A stretch of 64,000 nt of DNA from Paecilomyces variotii (Eukaryota): the NCBI GenBank assembly GCA_004022145.1, contig RCNU01000003.1. One strand, written 5' to 3'. Positions 51,723 through 61,155 of this stretch are shown here, one piece after another. The stretch's first letter is position 1, and the number at the start of each line of letters is the position of its first letter. Below the pieces are notes generated by a model. That model had not been told where the DNA came from and made no database searches. It saw nothing but the letters and a program-made list of their open reading frames with translations. A program made the translations under genes and the position numbers.

Positions 51723-53213
51723 TTATATCTTTGATCCCTCTGGTTCACCGACAAGAGTCAAGAATGCCTCATGTACCTCGTCGGTCAAATCGCTGGCTTG
51801 CATACTTCTGCCCTTCGCCTTGAAGGCTCGACGAGAACACTCGCGAGTGATGCTGCTACCGGCCCATGCAGCGAGAAGAAGAGTTGTAACAGGAGACATC
51901 CGCTTTCCCTCGGATTCTAGCTCCGCCTTCACTTCCTCCCGCGACTGCGCTGGCTTGTCGTTGTCCTGTCCAGTCCCCCATAGACCTTCGTGGTAGGCAG
52001 CACGCCAGGCAAGGAATGTGCCCAACGATCCGGTCAGAGTATCGCCCTGACCACCACTGCGCTTGAGACCTCCTGGGAGATCGGAGATGAGGCTGGTGAC
52101 TCCATTAGAGATGACATCGTGGGCTCCCTTCTGAATAATGGTTACGCCCCCGAGAGCGTTCGAGAGCTTCTCGCAAGCTTCGGATTGTTTGCTTGTCTGT
52201 TCCTCCTCGGAACCTGCCTTGATCTGAGCCTGGTTGGGAAGATCAATTCCCAACGCCTTGGCTAGACGGCCGAATTCGACGACGTTGGGTGTCAGAATGC
52301 ATTCCTTATACCCCTTGACCAGCTCCGGGTTCTCGGTGACCAGTAACAGAGCGTCCGCATCGAGCACAAAAGGTATTGACCGCGTTCGCGCCTCCTTCAT
52401 GATTTCTGAGACCACCTTTTGTGTCACGGCGTCACGGCCAAGACCAGGTCCTATCACTAGAACATGCAGCCGAGAAAGCATGGCGATAATCGGACTAGCG
52501 AGTTCGGGTGGATTGATGTTGTTGGGATTCGGTACGGATGCGCTGCTGGGTAGGATCGGATGAACCATTAGGTTGGGGGAGTATGCCTTGATGACCTGAG
52601 TATGGATTTAGCAGTAGCCTCGTAATGGAGATTACTGGGGGCACGTACGGGTGCTGCTGATCGTTCGCAGATTACATGGCTCTAAAATGCGTCAATTCCC
52701 CGGGGTTAGCGAAAGATATTCATTATCAACTTCTCGCAATTGGACCCATGAGAATTGGGATCTCACCAAATCACATCCTGTAATTATTGGTTAGCTTTTC
52801 AGTATGAATATGTGGATACTTATACATACCTAATCTCGCAGAGGCCATTGCGGAGAAGTACGGAGCTCCGGTATAGCTATTTCTCAGTGAGTATCGAGCC
52901 ATAGAAACACAAATGCAGCCTTTTCTTTTGCAATTCATGACTGCTAGAGGACCAATCTTACTCTGCACTTCCTCCAATAACCGCTACACGGCCCAGCTGC
53001 CCTGCAATATTGTCAGCTATTCGAACGTCGCAAACCATCTCATGCCATCTCCGCGGGGCATTGTCCATTGGCATGCTCCCCCAAAGAAACAGCCCTTATC
53101 CCCAGGGATGATACCAGTGTACCTTTATGGAATTTCTCAAGCATAGGTGGCACCAACTTGCGCACTTTGGCAAGTAGCGCCTTGGAGGAAGTCGACACAT
53201 GGTGGATTTCCAT
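51723..53213 (-). CDS. NNR2: ATP-dependent (S)-NAD(P)H-hydrate dehydratase (YjeF C-terminal family), 6 exons including an 11-nt microexon at 52767-52777
   Basis: HKGQLGRVAVIGGS.YTGAPYFSAMAS, IKAYSPNLMVHP, VIGPGLGRD, VLDADAL, LTPNVVEF, KRSGGQGDTLTG. Confidence 0.93.
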
Positions 53214-53966
53214 GTTGGCGATGGGATGCCGTTCTGCTCCACGCTGTGTCGTGCTGGTTATACAGGGGAAACAAAAGGAGGTCGAAACAGAGCGTTTACA
53301 AGATCGGAGTCAAATCTCTGATAGAAATGTGGTTTAATGGGAAGGTCTAAGACCGAAAGTTGCGAGTTGAGCATTATTGTGAGAGGGGAAGAAGAACAAT
53401 TGATGCGATGACCTCAGACAAAAGGGTGATGTCACCGCCCAGCGGGCCTGTGGGGTCAAAACAGCGACAATATCAAGATATCAAGTTCAACATCGTCTCG
53501 CTATTAATTGCCTCGGACTGTCCTGGTGAACAGGTTCAATATGCGTTCTGGAGTCATCTCTTAAGAATGGGTTATAGGTATACTTTGGATTCGCTGCCCT
53601 GCAAACATGCAGATCGCTCTCGGGCTTGTCGGCATTTCCAGATTGATCTGTACTAATTATCGTGGAATGAACTATTCAGTGGATGATTAACTGATTGTGG
53701 GTATTTCAGTAGAGAAATACACCTATGTAGTATGCTAATCTATCAACAACCCGAGAGAGCAAGGACGCCCGCTACCCGAAGACAAAAAGAAAATAGAGCA
53801 ATCACCCTCCATCTGTCGACACCATACGCACCAAAATGCTAGAAAAGAATATGCTAAATACATGCGATGCACCCTAGGGTATCCCTCGCCGATGCTTGTG
53901 AAATAATCAATGACGGAGAGTGGTGATAACAATAATAACCTCGAAACTCGAACCCGAAAAGAGGAA

Positions 53967-55095
53967 TCAACGCCTGGACTTGGCCAGAAGAGCCAACTTT
54001 CTCTTGCGCTCCATCTTCTCCCTCTTCGCGGCCATTTCAGCCCGTATGTCTTCCTCGTCTTCTTTCTTCGCAGCGCGGAGGGCGGCTGCTTCCTCCTCCT
54101 CGACGTCACTCAATCCGGCTTCCATGTCGGAGGACTCGTCTGAATAGTAGTCACCGTAGTCATCCGCGTAATCCCCTTCATCTTCCTCGTCCGTTCCAAG
54201 GTATTCATCTCGCCTGACCGGTTTACCATAGCGGGACGATGTACGACCGCGGGAATCAGTGGCAGGGCGGCGCGGGGGTAAGCCTGCGGTTCCCTTGTAC
54301 GTCGTCTGGGTTGGTCGTGCAGTGCCCTTGTATTCGATCTCGTCAGGACCTCGTCGCCTGGCCGCTGTCTCCTCTCCAGGCCTGACGCCGGCCTTGATGT
54401 TAGCAGAGGGAGCTGAAGCCATCCCGGGCTTCTTGCCCGCTTTCCTCTCTTTCTCCTTAGCCATTGCTTCCATGGCTCTCTTCTTGCGTTCTGATTTACT
54501 CAGTTTCTCCTTCGGAACGGCCTGGTGCTTGAACAGGCCGACTTTTACAGGCGCTTTCTCTTGCGCAGCCTTTGCTTTCATCATTAGATCAGCAAAAGAG
54601 CCCTTAGGGGGTGGTTTTGAGGTTGTTGCGGCAGGGGTCGTTGTCCGAGAGGTCGCCATAGCTGCTGATGTCGATGGCTTTTCACCGGGTTTAGTAGTGC
54701 CACCAGGGCCGGTGCCGGTCGTTGGACGAGGTTTGACTGTCGCAGACGTGTGTGAAGATGCTGTTTTTATCGACGCATTTTTGCTCTGTGGTTGCCCGTT
54801 GGCCTTATCTGACCGCTGAAGCTGTTCCTCCGCCTTCCGTTTTGTTCCCACCGGGGCGATAGACGGGTTCTGAGAGCCATCTCTGGAGACGGGCGTAGCT
54901 TTGCGGGAATCTGTCTTTGTCGCCGTAGAAGAGCTACCTGCCGCAGGAGATCGCGGTGTCACTGGCGCCGGGGGCGGGATGGCAGCCGGCTTTCCAGTCT
55001 CAATGGACGAAAGGACGGAGCTTAAGAACTGCAAATCAGTCAGCAAAGATGCTACTTATCGGGGTATCCTGTCATCAAAGGATGCATACACTCAT
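53967..55095 (-). CDS. SPT2: SPT2 chromatin protein (6-nt first exon, intron 55029-55089)
   Basis: KGSFADLM motif; C-terminal SPT2 signature YSDESSDMEAGLSDVEEEEAAALRAAKKEDEED..E..K.EK..RK. Confidence 0.85.
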
Positions 55096-55905
55096 CGTGA
55101 AGATTTTCCAGACCAATAGATACGAGTCTAAAAGGTGGGAAAGAAGAACATTCGTTCACCGCCGATGGTTGGTACGACGAGGTAGCTTCATGACTTCAGC
55201 ACGAGCGCGCCAGCCATTTATGGCAGATCAAAGCGTTGGGCAGCCGGTATTACTCGATGGCGAGGTAACGCTCTCCGTAGAGCCTTCCACGGTCCAAGAC
55301 AGACACTGGAGCGGAAAAGGGCGCGTCCAGAGTCTGGTTCTCGAGAATAATCAAGACCTCACGATAGCTCCAGCGAGGGCAGAAGGTGAGGATAGGAGTG
55401 AAGGCGGGGGAAGAAAGAGAATCACATCGACGACAACAGCCCAGTGAGGCTTCTAGAAGAGAGTGTCACGTGAGCGGTGGCACGATTGGCGTTTCTGGTC
55501 TTTGTCGTCTGCCGCAGCGGATGACATAATACGGTATACGCACCAGCCACATCCACCTTCGCTTACGGGCCCAGCACCAGCCACTGCTCCGCCGCACTTT
55601 CAGAAATGTGTGGGTTCGCGAATTAATTACCGGCGTCGTTAAATCTTCGTCCACCAAGCGATCTCGTCTTTCCGCATCTCAAACCCCCTCCGACGAACTT
55701 GACGTCTCAGTCTCCGCCCAACTTGCGGTTAAATCGATTGATTCTCCTGTTCGTATAACGTTCATCTTCAGTAAGTCCAGAGGTCCTCTATTCTTCTCTC
55801 CAGTCTGCCGCAATCTTTCCCGGATGCGTTATTTCTGGACGAAGATCGATCGAATGCGACAGTGCAGCTGACAAGTTCATCAATTTTTTCAGAACCACAT
55901 TCAAA

Positions 55906-56305
55906 ATGAAGCACCTCGCCGCTTACCTCCTGCTCGGCCTCGCCGGCAACACTGCCCCTTCCGCTGACGACGTCAAGGCCGTCCTCTCTTCCGTTGGCAT
56001 TGACGCCGACGAGGAGCGCCTCACCAAGCTCATTGCTGAGCTCGAGGGCAAGGACATCCAGGAGGTTCGTGTTTCCGACGATCTACGACCAGATTAGAAT
56101 ATGTTATATACTGACGGATCTTCCACTATAGCTGATTGCTGAGGGTACCACCAAGCTCGCCTCCGTTCCCACCGGTGGTGCTGGTGCTGCCGCCGCTGCC
56201 CCTGCTGCTGCTGGCGGTGCCGCTGCTGCCGAGGAGAAGAAGGAGGAGAAGGAGGAGGAGAAGGAGGAGTCCGACGAGGACATGGGTTTCGGTCTGTTCG
56301 ACTAA
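55906..56305 (+). CDS. RPP2: 60S acidic ribosomal protein P2 (intron 56065-56131; probable 5'UTR intron ~55771-55892)
   Basis: [34 protein letters not shown], Ala-rich hinge, [13 protein letters not shown]. Confidence 0.97.
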
Positions 56306-57028
56306 GCGTCTCGTCCCCAAGTGCGAGATGGTCACGAACGTGGAGAAAACAAGGTCTAGCTGCAATCCGGCTGATACCGGTTGTCGAGCGTCTGGTTCGT
56401 CGCCTGGTGGTTTGTTCAGGATACCCTGGTTTCTTCTGATGCAGTTACGACTCTGTACGTATCGTCTATGAGCTGAAATTGCTCATAAGTCAAAAAATAG
56501 AGAGACCTTGCCCATAAACACTGGTGTTTTCGTTTCGTAGTTAATCCGTCGAAGAGTAGATATACTATCATTGTTCGAGAGCGTTCAATTATTACCTGGG
56601 TTACTAGCATTATCTTCAACGGCCGTATTAGAGCAATTACGGTACTCAGCATACATCCGCCAATTCCATACGACGTACATATCATATCTGATCGCCCATA
56701 ACAATGCCTCAGGAAGACATGATGAGAACCACAATAATAATCACAATAATAATGATGTACCAATACTTCATATTCATACTGTAATTAAATGCACTTGTTC
56801 TGTATGGATCCGCTCCAGGGCTAGGGTTAACCTTATCTGTATCCGGGATAGCGTGTTAGGGTTCGTGACCTAGCCCCGTCGCTTAGACGAGAGAGCAGCC
56901 CACCTGCAAACTTGAAGCGCGAGAACAAGAACAGCCCAACGCCTTCTGCGACCGACACGACGACAACTATCCCTCCATCGCTTTTCGATTAACCGCATCG
57001 AAAAGCACCTCGAGGAATACCAGACAAG

Positions 57029-57975
57029 ATGGCTGACACCGAATACGTGAGTTCCCCCCACTTTTTGCATCTATCCTTTGGGGATCGCGATACAATATAT
57101 ATACCGTTGTTTGAGACATGTCATGCTGATAAGTTGTTCATCTACAGAACGCCGAGGAGGCTGCCGGTACGTGATTGCATATATTTCCCCCCGAATCTTG
57201 ATCGCTTTGGAATATCCCTTGGTCGACTGTGCTATGTTATATCGATGAGGAAATGTGTCTTTGGGGGATGTACGATTGTCAAGGGACATATCATGGGGAG
57301 CTGGGCGAGCTGCTGGGATACGAAAGAGTTGCACCGTGGAAGGAATAAAGGAACGAATGCGCTGACGATCAGTTTTCGCCAAACAACAGAGCTCAAGAGA
57401 AAGAGACAGTTCCGCAAGTTTACCTACCGCGGTATTGACCTCGACCAGTATGCCTCACCACGTCCTCTTGATTACGAAATCCGGAAATGAAGGAAAACAA
57501 AGGTTCTAACTCGACTCTCTCTTAATTCAGGCTCCTCGACCTCTCCTCGGAGCAGCTCCGTGATGTCGTCCACGCCCGTGCCCGCCGCCGCTTCAACCGT
57601 GGTCTGAAGCGCAAGCCCATGGGTCTGATCAAGAAGCTCCGCAAGGCCAAGCAGGAGGCCAAGCCCAACGAGAAGCCCGACCTCGTTAAGACGCACCTCC
57701 GTGACATGATCGTCGTCCCCGAGATGATCGGTTCCGTCATCGGTATCTACTCCGGTAAGGAGTTCAACCAGGTTGAGATCAAGCCCGAGATGGTCGGCCA
57801 CTACCTCGGAGAGTTCTCCATCTCATAGTACGTTTCCTCTCATATTCCAAAAATGATTCCCCTTTTTGGCGGGGAAAGCGGTCAAGATTTCTAACAACCA
57901 TACAGCAAGCCCGTCAAGCACGGTAGACCCGGTATCGGTGCCACCCACTCTTCCCGTTTCATTCCCCTCAAGTAA
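57029..57975 (+). CDS. RPS15: 40S ribosomal protein S15 (uS19); introns 57047-57147, 57167-57389, 57448-57530, 57828-57905
   Basis: [66 protein letters not shown]. Confidence 0.97.
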
Positions 57976-58554
57976 ACTGTTGTCAACTTGCTCCACGGAC
58001 GGATGGATGGATGGGATCTCGGCGGTTTTCCTGAGTTGTCGTATGCGGAGTGTGCACTGTTCAGCTGTTTCGTGTTGGATTTCTTCTTTTTTTCTGATAA
58101 AGGGAAAGGGAAAAAGGAGGAAACGATCACGACAATCTCAAGCGGGTATACTTTGGAGTAAAGAAAAAAGTGGAAGAATCTCGCAGCCATGGGTTTTAAA
58201 AAAGGAGCATCAAAAGGAGACCAGGCCGGTTGAAAGAGACCTTGCCTCGTTCGTTTATTTTACTACCTAGCTTAGGCGGAGACTCACTTCTTTTTACGAA
58301 TTCACATATTTATTCCCTCTAATACCATTCTCTCTGGAAAATTAACAACTTGAACAAGGCATATTGGACTCGTGTCTCAAGCATTCTTGTTTTCTATGTA
58401 TAGTATTATGACCAGAGAGAGAGAGAGAAAACAAGGCCCCAGCATAACTGCACCATCTTCAATTGAAATGCCCTCGCCATATCAGAATCGAAATATTTAT
58501 CACAAAACATGGCTTGTCCCCGATTGCATAGCCGATAACTAACCACACGAGAAA

Positions 58555-59769
58555 TCAATCGCCCATCCAAACGCCTCCACCAATAGAACAGACTGAAGCA
58601 GCGTCACTGATCACGTCAAAATCGAACTCCTCGCTATCGTGAACTGTATCGGTAAAAGGCATGAACAGTGGCGGGAGTCGGTATCCACCCGATATAGCGT
58701 TAGTAAAAACCCAGGGAGGAACTGCAGGCTGGTCCCCATGATTGTATTCTCGCGCTCTGGATGGAGTCCTCCATTGGGACTGTTCTTCTGGATTCATAAA
58801 CTGTTCGGAGCAGGACTCGACTGTGTCCGAGCATGGCACGGATGATGATGATGATGACGATGATGATAATGATGACAGCGGGCGTTCATCCAGTATCATA
58901 TTCAGGGATGGCCAGAAAGCAGAATCTCGTCCGTTCTGATCTGGATTGACGTTTGTTGCTTCCCGTTCGATTTCGAAGCTGTCTGTAAATTGTTCAGAGC
59001 GGGTGTCGCACTCGGCTGCGACGGAGTATGGCATCGATGATGATCTGAGCAGACGTTCGTCACGTTCCGTGTTCGAAGCTGACCATTGCGAAGAGGATAT
59101 ATCCTCGTCGCTATCGCCTGCACCTGCAGAGAGGCCATATGTGTGGTCGTCGTTCTGTTCTAGCTCGGATGGGATCCAGACGCGGCCGCTTATCCAAGAT
59201 GCCACGCTGGTACGGTCATCGTCATCGTCGTCGTCACCATTGTACTCGGTGCCATCTACTCTATAAGCAGGACCTGGAAGAGACGTCTCTCGATCGTGAT
59301 CGAACAGGGCTTCCGCTGGACCGGGAGTCGTATGAGGCTGGAGAACTTGGTTCGGGCCTACATTATTAACATGGTCAGCAGCTATGTCTTTTTCACTTCT
59401 AGATAGAGTGAGGTCAGAATATTGACAAAGATGTTATGTCTTACCATTCTGGCCGTAGCCCGCACCCGTCGAACTTCGAAGTCGTGCTTGCTCCAGTTCA
59501 GTGTGCTCGAGGTCATCAACCGTCATACTGTCTGCTCTTCGAATCATGTCTGCCAGCTCTTCCAAAGCACGTATATTCGCGGCGATCTCGTGGCTGCTTG
59601 TCCACATGTCCTCTGGCAGCATGCGGCTCATCACGCTCATCCGGTCATAGTCAAGAGTGGGATTAGGATGCACGGCGAGGGTGAGGAGGAGGAGGAAAGC
59701 AGGATCTTCTCGCGTTATATATGAGGCTTGCCCCCCATATTGTTCAGTCAGACGAACGGTTCTCGACAT
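58555..59769 (-). CDS. Orphan-like hypothetical protein, short helical N-terminal domain plus acidic disordered tail (intron 59358-59444)
   Basis: Intron GTAAGA..GCTGAC..TAG joins the 111-aa and 216-aa ORFs in frame through an open linker. Confidence 0.7.
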
Positions 59770-60480
59770 CTTTCTGGTAGAGAAGAAGGAGGAAATTGGA
59801 AAGTTGTATAGGTCGTCGAGGCGTCAAAGGTGAGGGTATATATGAATATAGCTGGGGAGTAGATATATTAGCACGGGATCAATGTGAATTCTGGGCAGTG
59901 AAGATACTGTAGGATTTGTGGATGTAGGCACGTACCTGCCTGTTGGATTCACTCCGCAGAGATGTCTCAGATGCGGACCAGCAGTCACAGCGCCGTGCAA
60001 TTTGCAATGTGGACGTGTCGAAGCACCTGTTCCAACCTTTGTTGGTGGAAATAGCGTAGAATAAGAATTCAAGGGACCAGATACCAAATGAGGAGATGGT
60101 AGGTGAATAGGCTAGGGGCTTCAAAAATGATCCCCAGTTAATAACTATTTAGATATATGCGTGGACCCACGCCTAGGGCCGAAAATCACACTCTATAACC
60201 GTGTCTATCAGATTCGGTTCTAAAGAGGACTATGACCTTGTGTAAATGCTAAGGAAACACGGAAAATTAGAGAACAACCCGGTTTTCTGCGAAAACATTT
60301 CACATCACAGCAGAATGAAATCCCTTACCTTGTCCATATCGAGATATATAGAGGTGGAGTAGAGACAGAGAGCGCACATCGTAATAGGCGAAATGAAGAT
60401 TGTGTGATTCGCACATTGGATGTTTCCAAGTATATAACATGAGCGAGCCAAAGCAATCTCCTGCCATAAGCAAGATCTAA

Positions 60481-61035
60481 GTAGACATGGGTATGTTTCC
60501 TCTGCCCATGCGGGAACAACCAATCGCCTGCGTCATTGCAGTTTCCTAGTTGTAGTAGGTCGCTGCAAGCAGAGAAAGGAAGAGTACATGGTTGGCGCAT
60601 TGGATATTCTATGTAGAGACAATAGGTCAGTTACAGGAATCTCAATCGGTCAAAACAACACTCGGAAAAGAAACCTTGCAGGGTACGGTATTTTCACCAA
60701 ATGAAGATTCTTACCTATCCATATATATATACATTCCATACTTGGGGCCTCATAAAAAGGGCCCCAGTAGATATGGACATGCTTTTTCTATCCATATCGG
60801 CGGGAACGATCGATTTTCTGCGTCATCGAGGCCTCATAGTCGTACTGCGTCGCTGTCGTCACTCCATATCTAGGGCCTCTTCCACAAGGGCCCCAATAGA
60901 TATGGATGTGTTTCTTCTTCCCATACCGGCAGGATCAACCAATCGCCTGCATCACAGCGGCCCCTTAGCCATAGGGGCTGGCTGTAAGCAGCGAGGAGAG
61001 GAAGACATCATGGTTCGTACATTGAACATTTCTAA
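60481..61035. repeat. Three diverged direct copies of a ~130-bp intergenic element (~60481-60612, ~60736-60856, ~60864-61035)
   Basis: Shared core (g/a)tagaYatgg..tg.tt..ccat..gcRgga.c....at...ctgcRtca....tag..Rta....gctg in all three; copies B and C are 129 bp apart. Confidence 0.85.
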
Positions 61036-61155
61036 ATAACGATTTGAAGGGCTCCTAATTAGTCAGAAAAGCACACGGAAAGACCAAGAAATTCATGTAT
61101 TTATAGATTGAAAACTCTTACCTCCACATGTACAGTTCGAGATATATGACAGTCT

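Noticed and set aside
60701..61039. Dikaritin/KEP RiPP precursor interpretation of the repeated ORF
   Set aside because: No signal peptide, only one KR site, two poorly conserved units and no DUF3328 neighbour in the window.
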